Shown here piece by piece: positions 12,630 to 23,942 of a DNA stretch of 47,348 nt. The translations under genes were made by a program, and so were the position numbers. Each line of letters starts with the position of its first letter. The stretch's first letter is position 1. Below the pieces are notes generated by a model that was not told where the DNA came from, did no database searches, and was given only the letters and a program-made list of their open reading frames with translations. Origin of the DNA: Macrostomum lignano (taxonomy: Eukaryota); the NCBI GenBank assembly GCA_002269645.1, contig NIVC01000582.1, forward strand, positions 1 to 47,348, read 5' to 3'.

Positions 12630-13200
12630 TTAAATCTGTCAACCACACCACCACCCAGATTTTATTACCCATAGAATCAGCAGTTTATCAACCATCACCC
12701 AAACTTTATTGCCCATAGAATCAGCAGTTTATCAACCACCACCCAGATTTTATTACCCATAGAGTCAGCAGTTAATCAACCACCACCCAGATTTTATTAC
12801 CCATAGAGTCAGCAGTTTATCAACCATCACCCAAACTTTATTGCCCATAGAATCAGCAGTTTATCAACCATCACCCAGATTTTATTACCCATAGAATCAG
12901 CAGTTTATCAACCATCACCCAAACTTTATTGCCCATAGAATCAGCAGTTTATCAACCACTACCCCAATTTTACTGCCCATAGAATCAGCTGTTTATCAAC
13001 CATCACCCAAACTTTATTGCCCATAGAATCAGCAGTTTATCAACCATCACCCAAACTTTATTGCCCATAGAATCAGCAGTTTATCATCCACCACCCCTAT
13101 TTTATTGCCCATAGAATCAGCAGTTTATCATCCACCACCCCTATTTTATTGCCTATTGAATCAACAGTCTGTCAACCACAGCAACCAACCTAACTTTTAT
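12630..13200. repeat. 44-bp minisatellite (CCATAGAATCAGCAGTTTATCAACCATCACCCAAACTTTATTGC), about 13 copies, CDKL intron 1
   Basis: Period measured from ATAGAA at 12671, 12715 and 12759. Confidence 0.95.
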
Positions 13201-13302
13201 TGCCTATGAAATCACACGTCTATCAATCACGAAATCCCAACTTTTGCTGCTCCTTAAGTATCAGTTTATTAACGGCAAACCTACTCTTAACTGACATTCC
13301 AG

Positions 13303-13497
13303 ACGTTACGCCACGATAATCTCGTGAACTTGTTGGAGGTTTTCCGACGGAAAAAGCGACTGTACCTCGTGTTCGAATATATTGATTATACTGTGCTGGA
13401 TCACTTAGAAAAGTATCCCCGTGGAATCGATGAGATGACCACTAGACGGGTTTTGTTTCAAGTGATTCGCGGTATCGAGTACTGCCATAAGAGCAAT
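13303..13497 (+). CDS. CDKL2: CDKL2-like exon 2
   Basis: ttccag|ACG...AAT|gtaagt, 195 nt. TLRHDNLVNLLEVFRRKKRLYLVFEY...GIEYCHKSN. Confidence 0.93.
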
Positions 13498-13630
13498 GTA
13501 AGTTGGTGATGAGTTTGGGTATATCTTATATATACGAGCTATCTATTTCTATAAATTTATAGCCTTATGATAGAGAAACAAGTTATTAAAATGCAGCAAT
13601 AAGAGCTGTAGATTCATGAAATAAGCATAG

Positions 13631-13837
<207 letters not shown>

Positions 13838-13879
13838 TGAGTTCTCAATCATGTTCTTATCATTTTTATCATATCATGG

Positions 13880-14450
13880 AGACATAACAACCTCCACCTC
13901 TGATGCTCACGGTTATTTAGTGATGTAACATCCTCCACCTCTGATGCTCATGGTTATTTAGTGACGTAACATCCTCCACCTCAGATGCTCACGGTTATTT
14001 AGTGATGTAACATCCTCCACCTCTGATGCTCATGGTTATTTAGTGACGTAACATCCTCTACCTCTGATGCTCACGGTTATTTAGTGATGTAACATCCTCC
14101 ACCTCAGATGCTCACGGTTATTTAGTGATGTAACATCCTCCACCTCTGATGCTCACGGTTATTTAGTGATGTAACATCCTCCACCTCTGATGCTCACGGT
14201 TATTTAGTGACGTACCATCCTCCACTTCTAATGGTCATTGTTATTTAGTGACGTAACATCCTCCACCTCTGATGCTCACGGTTATTTAGTGATGTAACAT
14301 CCTCCACCTCTGATGCTCACGGTTATTTAGTGATGTAACATCCTCCACCTCTGATGCTCACGGTTATTTTGTGATGTAACATTATCCACCTCTGATGCTC
14401 ACGGTTATTTGATGATGTAACATCCCATACCTCAGATGCTCATGACTATT
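13880..14450. repeat. 41-bp minisatellite (CATCCTCCACCTCTGATGCTCACGGTTATTTAGTGATGTAA), about 14 copies, CDKL intron 3
   Basis: Period measured from CATCC at 13929 and 13970. Confidence 0.95.
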
Positions 14451-14608
14451 AGAGATTGAACAGTTAAAATACCCACCACACCTGTAAGCCTAAAAATGAA
14501 CCAGTGCTTGTTACACCTTTCTGTCAAGCCCACTTCTACTCAACAGTGGATGCTAAAACAAAGTTATCACAATGTGCACCTACTGACCTCCAAAAATCAT
14601 TTGCGTAG

Positions 14609-14721
14609 ACCGATCGACATCTGGGCTATTGGCTGTTTGGCAGCAGAGATGCTAACTGGCGAACCCCTGTTCCCCGGCGACTCTGATATTGACCAACTAT
14701 TTCATATTGTTAGATGCCTTG
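14609..14721 (+). CDS. CDKL2: CDKL2-like exon 4
   Basis: cgtag|A...G|gtgagt. PIDIWAIGCLAAEMLTGEPLFPGDSDIDQLFHIVRCL. Confidence 0.93.
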
Positions 14722-14797
14722 GTGAGTACTATATGCTGATAATACTACCACACGCATGGATCGATAAGTTAATTCCGAAAAAAATTTTTTCTTGCAG

Positions 14798-14937
14798 GCA
14801 ACCTTCCGCCAAGGTATCGTGACATTTTCCATAAGAATCCGCTCTTTGTCGGCATGCGAGTACCCGAAGCCAAATCTATTGAACCTCTTGAGCGAAAGCT
14901 ACCAAAGTGTAACAAAGTGGCCGTGGAAATGATGCGG
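14798..14937 (+). CDS. CDKL2: CDKL2-like exon 5
   Basis: ttgcag|GC...CGG|gtgcga. GNLPPRYRDIFHKNPLFVGMRVPEAKSIEPLERKLPKCNKVAVEMMR; phases are consistent with both neighbours. Confidence 0.88.
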
Positions 14938-15066
14938 GTGCGAGCGAAATACTGCCTTTTTTGCTTACAGACTCCTTTTTATACTTTTCGCGTGCATAAG
15001 TGTTCGATCGATTCTATTTAGAGATTGGACACTCACCACACCTTTGAGCTTACAAATACTCACAAA

Positions 15067-16220
15067 ACCTCACCCCTCACACCCCTCACCCCTCAAACCC
15101 CTCACCCCTCAAACCCCTCACCCCTCAAACCCCTCACCCCTCAAACCCCTGACCCCTCAAACCCCTCACCCCTCAAACCCCTCACCCCCTCACCCCCTCA
15201 CCCCTCACCCCTCACACCCCTGACCCCTCAAACCCCTCACCCCTCACACCCCTCAAACCCCTCACCCCTCAAACCCTTCACCCCTCACCCTCAAACCCCT
15301 CACCCTCAAACCCCTCACCCCTCAAACCCCTCACCCCTCAAACCCCTCACCCCTCAAACCCCTCACCCCTCGCCCTCAAACCCCTCACACCTCACACCCC
15401 CTCACCCCTCAAACCCCTCACCCCTCAAACCCCTCACCCCTCAAACCCCTCACCCTCAAACCCCTCACCCCTCAAACCCCTCACCCCTCAAACCCCTCAC
15501 CCCTCAAACCCCTCACCGCTCGCCCTCAAACCCCTCACACCTCACACCCCCTCACCCCTCAAACCCCTCACCCCTCAAACCCCTCACCCCTCAAACCCCT
15601 CACCCCTCGCCCTCAAACCCCTCACACCTCACACCCGTCACCCCTCAAACCCCTCACCCCTCAAACCCCTCACCCCTCAAACCCCTCACCCCTCAAACCC
15701 CTCACCCCTCAAACCCCTCACCCCTCAAACCCCTCACCCCTCAAACCCCTCACCCTCAAACCCCTCACCCCTCAAACCCCTCACCCCTCAAACCCCTCAC
15801 CCCTCAAACCCCTCACCCTCAAACCCCTCACCCCTCAAACCCCTCACCCCTCGCCCTCAAACCCCTCACACCTCACACCCCCTCACCCCTCAAACCCCTC
15901 ACCCCTCAAACCCCTCACCCCTCAAACCCCTCACCCCTCGCCCTCAAACCCCTCACACCTCACACCCGTCACCCCTCAAACCCCTCACCCCTCAAACCCC
16001 TCACCCCTCAAATCCCTCACCCATCAAACTCCTCACCCCTCCAACCCCTCACCCCTCCAACCTCTCACCCCTCAAACCCCTCACCCCCAAACCCCTCACC
16101 CCTCAAACTCCTCACCCCTCAAACCCTTCATCCCTCAAACTCCTCACCCCTCAAACCCTTCATCCCTCAAACCCCTCACCCCTCAAACCTTCACCCCTCA
16201 AACCCCTCACCCCAAACCCC
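15067..16220. repeat. C-rich satellite built from CCCCTCA / CCCCTCAAA (16-bp AAACCCCTCACCCCTC units), about 1.15 kb, CDKL intron 5
   Basis: Directly visible. Source of the spurious 412-aa ORF. Confidence 0.95.
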
Positions 16221-16406
16221 TCTACCGTCATACAAAATCCAACGCCACAAGCTCGTATCCTGAAAAAACCTAGCTCAACAAAACCGCCTTATAATCGCTT
16301 CTCTAATGAAGTATAATGCTTCAAACTACATCTAGCTAAGTCATCCCAGCAGCTCAGTTAATGCACACTTTAAATAAATTTGTAAACTACATAAACCTAT
16401 ACGCAG

Positions 16407-16730
16407 AGTTGTCTACTGATGGAGGCAGACGATCGACCCAGCTGTACGGAACTTCTCGAGCACGACTTTTTCCAATTAAACGATTTTGCTCAACGATTCT
16501 TGGCCGAATTAGAATCGAAATTTGCAAAAACGGACGCGTCAGCTAGTAATGGTTCCGGCGGCGCGTCCGGCAGCGGAGCAGCAGCAAAGTCGAAACGACC
16601 TGCTCAACAGCAGCAGCAGCAGCAGCAGCAGCAACCTAAGCAGCAGTCCCTGTCAACGGATACCTCGTCAACGCGACACAAAGCGTCGGAACTTGCGCCT
16701 GCTGAGCCGTCTCAGGAGCAGCCTACAGAG
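16407..16730 (+). CDS. CDKL2: CDKL2-like exon 6 (end of kinase domain plus Q-rich tail)
   Basis: acgcag|AGT...GAG|gttggc. SCLLMEADDRPSCTELLEHDFF is kinase subdomain XI, followed by a low-complexity tail. Confidence 0.85.
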
Positions 16731-16814
16731 GTTGGCGTTGTATCAAATATGATTGTAGCTTAGTATTCTATTGAGGGGGAGTAGAATTATAATTCATAAA
16801 GCAATAGGTTGCTT

Positions 16815-17090
16815 TTTGTTTGTCATTGGCGGCTGCATCAAAGCTGCTCCGTAGTTTGATTGTTTGTCATTGGCGGCTACATCAAAGCTGCTCCATGGTT
16901 TAATTGTTTGTTATTGGCGGCTACATCAAAGCTGCTCCATGGTTTAATTGTTTGTTATTGGCGGCTACATCAAAGCTGCTCCATGGTTTGATTGTTTGTT
17001 ATTGACGGCTACATCAAAGCTGCTCCATGGTTTAATTGTTTGTTATTGGCGGCTACATCAAAGCTGCTTCATGGTTTGATTGTTTACGCC
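16815..17090. repeat. 44-bp minisatellite (TTGTTTGTTATTGGCGGCTACATCAAAGCTGCTCCATGGTTTAA), about 6 copies
   Basis: Period measured from TGGCGG at 16871 and 16915. Confidence 0.93.
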
Positions 17091-17489
17091 CGCATTACTG
17101 TCGGCTACATCAAAGAGTCTGGATCGTGAAACAGTGGCGGATTTTCAAAACTTTTTTTTTGGAAACTAAACAACAAAATAGATTATTAGTGATAGAAATT
17201 TAACTTTTAAATGTTTCAGACAGTGATTCTGGAATATGGACAGTTTCTCAAGGTGATCTGAGAGATTCTTCTGAGAGTTACTTCACAGACTTTCAGTTAT
17301 ATTACTCAGTCGCACAGCAGTCATTTCATGGAATAAAAATTTAGCAATGCGTCCGTCCTCACTTGACTTGAATGATTTTTAAATGATTGTTCGTATTCAC
17401 AACCAATTTACTGTTGCTTAAGTATGCTAAATAAGTCAAGCTACCGACAGCTATAAATAATAACAATATTACTTGACAAAACTTATCAG

Positions 17490-17632
17490 GAGCTGGTCGA
17501 CGGGCCAAGTCACCACCAGCACCAGCAGCAGCAAGCAAACCAAACAGAATCTGCTGCTTCTGGTGGCAATCAAAACAGCAGCGGAAAAGTAATGCCCCCA
17601 ATAAGCCAGCACTCACAGATGACGTCACACAG
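17490..17632 (+). CDS. CDKL2: CDKL2-like exon 7 (disordered tail)
   Basis: ttatcag|GAG...AG|gtaggc. Open in the expected phase (ELVDGPSHHQHQQQQANQ...) and GC-richer than the flanks. Confidence 0.7.
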
Positions 17633-17789
17633 GTAGGCCTTTCGAATAGTAAACTAAAAGTACATTTTGTACATGGTATATATTGGACTATTGCATATCG
17701 CCTTAAACATATTAAAGTCACCAAGTAGACAACAAAACTTATAGAGATTGAGATCTAGAAAACCCCAGCAAAAAACAACAACAACAACA

Positions 17790-18310
17790 ACCCATTCAGC
17801 ATCCAACAACGCAACAGGAATACAAACCCCATTGAAAAAAACAATAACCCATTCAAAACCAAACGACGCCTCAAGATGACAAACCCTAATGAAACGACAC
17901 ATAACCCATTCAACATCCATCACAGCCTCAAGATGACAAACCTGATAAATAATAAAACAACAATAACCCATTCAACATCCATCACAGCCTCAAGATGACA
18001 AACCTGATAAATAATAAAACAACAATAACCCATTCAACATCCATCACAGCCTCAAGATGACAAACCCTGATAAATAATAAAACGACAATAACCCATTCAA
18101 CATCCAACACAGCCTCAAGATGACAAACCCTGATAAATAATAAAACGGCAATAACCCATTCAACATCCAACACAGCCTTAAGATGACAAACCCTGATAAA
18201 TAATAAAACGACAAAAACCCATTCAACATCCAACACAGCCTCAAGATGACTAACCATCTTGAAACAGCAATAACCCATTCAAAATCCAACAACGCCTCAA
18301 GATAACAAAC
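17790..18310. repeat. 62-63-bp minisatellite (ACAATAACCCATTCAACATCC...AAGATGACAAACC...), about 8 copies
   Basis: Direct tandem copies. Source of several minus-strand ORFs. Confidence 0.9.
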
Positions 18311-18377
18311 CCTATTGAAACATCAGAAACTCGTACAACTCCAAAAAAAACTTATCTACACACACACACTGTTGCAG

Positions 18378-18497
18378 TTTTCCAAACGACACAGAGTCAA
18401 GCGTTTGGTCGGGCAGCGGAGGCGTTGGGCTCGCGGTGCACAATGTGGCACCGGCCTTCTCGCCCGGCGTAGGCGGGGCAGGACACGCTGGATTGCG
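18378..18497 (+). CDS. CDKL2: CDKL2-like exon 8
   Basis: gttgcag|T...CG|gtgaga, 120 nt, phase 2-2. FPNDTESSVWSGSGGVGLAVHNVAPAFSPGVGGAGHAGL. Confidence 0.65.
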
Positions 18498-18599
18498 GTG
18501 AGAGAAGATTTCTTATAATGGGAATTAACTATTACAAAAGTAGAATACTCGTAGGCACTTAAAATTAGGCTGGAATACTGACCCCAATTAGACTGGAAC

Positions 18600-18825
18600 A
18601 TGGATGCCAATTAGGCTAGAATACGGAGCCCGATTGGGCTAGAAAATGGACCCCAATTAGACAGGAATATGGAGCCCGATTGGGCTAGAAAATGGACCCC
18701 AATTAGACTGGAATATGGAGCCCGATTGGGCTAGAAAATGGACCCCAATTAAACTGGAATATGGACCCCGATTAGACTGGAATATGGACCCCGATTAGAC
18801 TAGAATGTGGACCCAATTAGGCTAG
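18600..18825. repeat. 46-bp (2 x ~23) minisatellite (CCAATTAGACTGGAATATGGAGCCCGATTGGGCTAGAAAATGGACC)
   Basis: Period measured from GAATATGGAG at 18665 and 18711. Confidence 0.85.
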
Positions 18826-18894
18826 AATATTTACACCAATGAAACAAACAAAATGAAAATCCATCACATTAAAACCGTTCTCTCCATTTTTCAG

Positions 18895-19238
18895 AACGAA
18901 CGACTCCAAATCGAAGAAGCCGACCAATTTTTATAAGAAATCCACCGCCCTGCAGGGCACTTACTCGCCGGAGAAGTTGACGGGCGTTGGAGCTTCCGGA
19001 GGAGGCGGCGCTTCAACCGGAATCTACGGCTACAGCTACGCAAATGCCGGACAGAAAAAGAAATTCCAGTCGTCTGATAGCTCAGCAACAGCCGCGGCGG
19101 CAACAGCGACAGCGGCAACAGCGGGTTTTGGTCCGGGTATTCCTGGCAAAGGCAACAGTAGTCTGTTGCTGCATTCCCGAGGACTAGGGGACGCCGGAAA
19201 TATTTCCTTGCCGGAAGTGCGCGGTGCCGGGGCGGAAA
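18895..19238 (+). CDS. CDKL2: CDKL2-like exon 9; the true 3' end of the gene is uncertain
   Basis: tttttcag|A, phase-compatible. TNDSKSKKPTNFYKK...NISLPEVRGAGAE, followed by a strong donor A|gtgagt at 19239. Read-through would stop at 19291. Confidence 0.65.
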
Positions 19239-19329
19239 GTGAGTCAGATGAAGAGATGGTAGAGAAGCACTTTTGTGCATTTAAACATTGATTATATGAA
19301 GAATAAGTTGTGGCGGGGTCTAACAGCCA

Positions 19330-20040
19330 AGGTGTGTTGGGGGGGGGGGGGGTAGCTGGAGTTAGGAAAGAAAGGGGTGGTGGGGTTAACAGCCAGGGTT
19401 AGAAAAGAAAGGGGTAGTGGTCACAACCAGGGTTATAAAAGAAAGGGGTAGTGGTCACAGCCTGGATTAGAAAAGAAAGGGGCGTTGAGGTTTAACAGCC
19501 AGGGTTAGAAAAGAAAGGGGTAGTGGTCACAGACAGGTTTAAAAAAGAAAGGGGTAGTGGTCACAGACAGGATTTGAAAAGAAAGGGGTGGTGGGGGTTA
19601 ACAGCCAGGGTTTGAAAAGAAAGGGGTGGTGGGGGTTAACAGCCAGGGTTAGAAAAGAAAGGGGTGGTGGGGGTTCACAGCCAGGGTTAGAAAAGAAAGG
19701 GGTGGTGGGGGTTCACAGCCACGGTTAGAAAAGAAAGGGGTGGTGGGGGTTCACAGCCAGGGTTAGAAAAGAAAGGGGTGGTGGGGGTTCACAGCCACGG
19801 TTAGAAAAGAAAGGGGTGGTGGGGGTTCACAGCCAGGGTTAGAAAAGAAAGGGGTGGTGGGGGTTCACAGCCAGGGTTAGAAAAGAAAGGGGTGGTGGGG
19901 GTTCACAGCCACGGTTAGAAAAGAAAGGGGTGGTGGGGGTTTACAGCCATGGTTAGAAAAGAAAGGGGTGGTGGGGGTTTACAGCCAGGGTTAGAAAGGA
20001 AAGTGGTGGGGGGGTTAACAGCCAGGGTTAGAAAAAAAAG
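19330..20040. repeat. 38-bp G-rich minisatellite (GGGTTAGAAAAGAAAGGGGTGGTGGGGGTTCACAGCCA), about 18 copies
   Basis: Period measured from TTAGAAA at 19687 and 19725. Confidence 0.93.
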
Positions 20041-20689
20041 TGGTTGGGTTAACAGTCGGAGTAGGAATGAGTTGTGGTATGGCTCTCGCCATGTACATTA
20101 GAATGTACAATTGCAGTTTTTTATTACATCGAATATTTTAACGCATCCAAATTTTAGTTCACCAGTCCTCAAAAACTGGAATGTACAATTCGAAGCCAAG
20201 AAAAGGTCAACCTCACTTGCACCTGTGCTAAGCGCTTGAAGCTAACCGACTAAAATTGTTGGAATTGGAGGAATTAGCATCCTTAAACAACTATACTTTG
20301 TTAATCATGCGAATGAGAGCAGCTGCGTAAATCTAATTCGTGAGCTAACAACTATGGTACTCGTACTAACACTCTTTCATCACTACTAATCCAGTAATAA
20401 ACATTGACTTTTGCTTTTTAATTTATAATCTTTAAGTTTTTTCTACGTATAGAAATCTAAGAAATTCGCTAGCTTAAAGCCGTGAATTGTATGAAGGATC
20501 ACTAGAAATGGGGCTGAAAGTTTTTTGAAATAGTAACAAAGGTTCAGCGTTTTTGGAAAATTTAATATTTAATGAGAAAACCGTGACAAACTAAAAAATA
20601 AGCTCTGGCATCAGAAACTTTTCGAATAATTTCTAAGAAACAAAATTTATCTTTTATTCTATGGGCGTAGCGTAGTTTAAAGTAGGGCT

Positions 20690-21355
20690 TTAGCACCAGG
20701 GGCTTTAGCACCAGGGGCTTTATCACCAGGGGCTTTAGCACAAGGGGCTTTATCACCAGGGGCTTTAGCACCAGGGGCTTTAGCACCAGGGGCTTTATCA
20801 CCAGGGGCTTTAGCACAAGGGGCTTTATCACCAGGGGCTTTAGCACCAGGGGCTTTAGCACCAGGGGCTTTATCACCAGGGGCTTTAGCACAAGGGGCTT
20901 TATCACCAGGGGCTTTAGCACCAGGGGCTTTAGCACCAGGGGCTTTATCACCAGGGGCTTTAGCACAAGGGGCTTTATCACCAGGGGCTTTAGCACCAGG
21001 GGCTTTAGCACCAGGGGCTTTATCACCAGGGGCTTTAGCACAAGGGGCTTTATCACCAGGGGCTTTAGCACCAGGGGCTTTAGCACCAGGGGCTTTATCA
21101 CCAGGGGCTTTAGCACAAGGGGCTTTATCACCAGGGGCTTTAGCACCAGGGGCTTTAGCACCAGGGGCTTTATCACCAGGGGCTTTAGCACAAGGGGCTT
21201 TATCACCAGGGGCTTTAGCACCAGGGGCTTTATCACCAGGGGCTTTATCACCAGGGGCTTTAGCACCAGGGGCTTTAGCACCAGGGGCTTTAGCACCAGG
21301 GGCTTTAGCACCATGCAGAGGCTTTAGCACCATGCAGAGGCTTTAGCACCAGGGG
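20690..21355. repeat. 15-bp minisatellite (GGGGCTTTAGCACCA) with 75-bp higher-order periodicity
   Basis: The CAA variant recurs at about 20731, 20806, 20881, 20956, 21031, 21106 and 21181. Confidence 0.95.
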
Positions 21356-22797
21356 CTTAATGGGCGCTAGCTAATGGGCGCCAGCACCATAAAAAGCACC
21401 AATAGCCATCATTTTCCGTTTTATCCGTCTATGTCTGGTAGTGGTAGAAAAACCAATAACCAAGCAAAAAGGAATCCAAACTACTTAAAGTAATAAACCA
21501 ATGTTTTTCAGACTTTTGGCAATCATCTTTTCCAAGACGGTGACTGCAAGCGGCGGTAGTCGGCAACAGCAGGTTATTTCGATTCGAGCCAAAGTTGATG
21601 CGAGTTTTAAAAAAAATCCAATTGTAAAAATGACTGTTTCAATCAACGAATATATTGATTTGCACCTGCTTTCCCGCTTCAGAGATTTGCGTAGTTACAG
21701 AGTTTAGGGATATAGTACTTACTACATAATAGTACTATAGCTCGTGTTTGGCTTGCAGACCTCGTGATTGGCTTGTGGTGCGCGAAAATCATGTCAAGTA
21801 TTCGATTTTATTAATGCTAATTAAAGTTAAAAATATGGATTTGCTTTTCCTCCAGAGTTTGATAGCCGCATAGTTTCTTACTTTGTATCTTTGTTTTATA
21901 GTTCTAGCTTTATAATTTTGTATTCTGATGATTTTTTTGAAATCCTGCAATTTGTTTATTTTCGTAAATAAAACAATTCGTTTTAATGAAAGTGTGCATG
22001 TACTTTAAGGCAAAACAGACTTTAATTTTAATTATAATTTTGGGATTTTTTCGAGACGAACGATGCTATACACTGAATTCAAGTGGGAATAATTTTTCAC
22101 TCTGAGTTTTGCACTTTTATAATCCACAAATAATAGAATCAATCGCTATGTCATTTTTCACCATATAAATCTACAATTTCCTTTCCTACAATTGGCTTGT
22201 TAGGCTCAAAATCCTGTTTGTCCTGACAACTCTCCTAAGGTACTATAGCGTGTATTATATGTTGTAGGCTTGTCTCGTCGCGTTGTGTGCACGGAGTCTG
22301 GTTGTTTTTTTGCCCGATCGAGATCTAGCTCTATGAGTCTATGTCCATTCGATTTGACCTACTTTGTGCCACTTTGGCCTACAAACGTGCACGCTTAACT
22401 AATAAGAATTAGAAAAATTGGCCAATTTTATCCACTTTTTTTATACATCTATGCATGTAATCCCGATTTGATTCCAAGAATATAACTGTTAAAGCCTACA
22501 GGTATATATGGTCAACATAATGCATGTACATGTACTTAAATACAATTAACTTAAACTAATATTTGTCAGTGTCATAATTTTAAAAATTGCTTAGGCCTTT
22601 TGACTAATTGATCAGACCTGACTGATGGGCAGGATGCATGTGTACTTAATGATTTTTTACTATCTTTCAATTATTTGGACTCTGATTTGTAAACAACTAC
22701 AACTTAGAATCAGGATGTGCATTTCTGCAGCTTTCTACGAAAGTAAGATCGAGCTACTTGTATTTAACCTGAGGATTAAATTTAGAATTGTCTGGTC

Positions 22798-23211
22798 TAG
22801 GCGCGTCGCCACGGGGGGGGGACAGGGGCCGGAATGGATCTCCCCCAGTTAAAGCTATGATGGGAGGACATGCCAATTCAATGCTTTGTCCGCCCCCCCC
22901 CCCCAGCCCACCTTGTGACTCGTGTTAATCAACAATTTTTTTCAGGGCGCCAAAATATAGCGCCTTCGGCGCCAAAATGAGTGCCTGCGGTGCCAAAATG
23001 AGTAATGTACCTGCGGCGCTAAAAGGAATGCCTGCTGGGGCGCCAAAATGAGTGCCTGCGGCGCCAAAATGAGTGCCTGCGGTGGTAAAATGAGTAAAAT
23101 GAGCGCTGACAACAAGATTTTCAAAATAATGGTATTGTAGTAACTTAGTCTTGTACATGTTGAATTCTTGGCTCTGTCCCCCTACCCATAAAATCCATGG
23201 CGACTCCCCTG
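22798..23211. mobile_element. Probable old MITE (hAT-like) with internal 21-bp GCGCCAAAATGAGTGCCTGCG repeats
   Basis: Imperfect termini TAGGCGCGTCGCCA...TGGCGACTCCCCTG and subterminal GGGACAG/CTGTCCC. The flanks gtctggtc and tgctggtc (6/8 identical) may be an 8-bp TSD. Confidence 0.5.
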
Positions 23212-23394
23212 TGCTGGTCGCTTAATCGCTGAAGGTAGTCTGTTTATGAATAGAAATATGTCATTTTTTAAATCAAAGATTATTTCGTATTTATATAAAA
23301 CAAACTATCCATACCCACAGAAGATATTATATGGCGATCAATCCTGCTAATTAAGAGTCACAAACGGGCGGGCGGCTAGAAAGTAAAACGGGAG

Positions 23395-23942
23395 CACGAG
23401 AAATGCCTGCAAACGAATTGCCCGCCGAGATTTGCCCGCAGAAGATTTGCCCGCGATCGTGGATTGCCCGCGAGCGAGTTGCCCCCGCGGAGTTTTTTCC
23501 CGCCGAGGTTTGCCCGCAATGCTTTTTTATTGCAGCGCATTTGGCAGCTAGATTCTGTCTGTATTGCCCGGCCCCCCAAAAAATACGCATTTGATATGCA
23601 GTTACTATCAAAACGTTTTGATCGTGTAAATCTCTTTTCAAAGATTTATTACTTGTAATAAGCATTGGGAAGGTGCAGAAAAAATCTGCAGGAAAAAAGC
23701 ATTGCGGGCAAACCTCGGTGGAAAAAAACTCCGCGGCAACTTAACTCGCTCGCGGGCAAATTGCACTGCGGGCAAATCTCGGCGGGCAATTCTCGACGGG
23801 AAAATCTCCACGGGCAATTCGCTCACGGGCAAAATGCACTGCGGGCAAATCTCGGCGGGAAAAGCTCGGCGGGCAAATCTCCACGGGCAAATCTCCTGCA
23901 GACAAATCTCGGCGGGCAATTCGTCTGCGGGCAATTCTCATG
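23395..23942. mobile_element. Foldback/MITE-like element with long imperfect inverted arms made of GCGGGCAAAT subrepeats
   Basis: 23398-23527 is approximately the reverse complement of 23694-23939. Examples: GAGAAATGCCTGCAAACGAATTGCCCGCC vs GGCGGGCAATTCGTCTGCGGGCAATTCTC, and TTTGCCCGCAATGCTTTTTT vs AAAAAAGCATTGCGGGCAAA. Confidence 0.75.

Noticed and set aside
15025-16263. 412-aa Pro/Ser/Thr-rich ORF, and resemblance of CCCCTCA to telomeric repeats
   Set aside because: The ORF is a by-product of a stop-free satellite inside CDKL intron 5. The unit is not (CCCTAA)n and the array is internal to a gene.
20562-21333. 250-aa (VLKPL)n and 218-aa (GAKAP)n ORFs as structural proteins
   Set aside because: They are frames of a 15-bp tandem repeat with no unique flanking coding sequence or splice support. 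Only the higher-order structure is retained as a finding.
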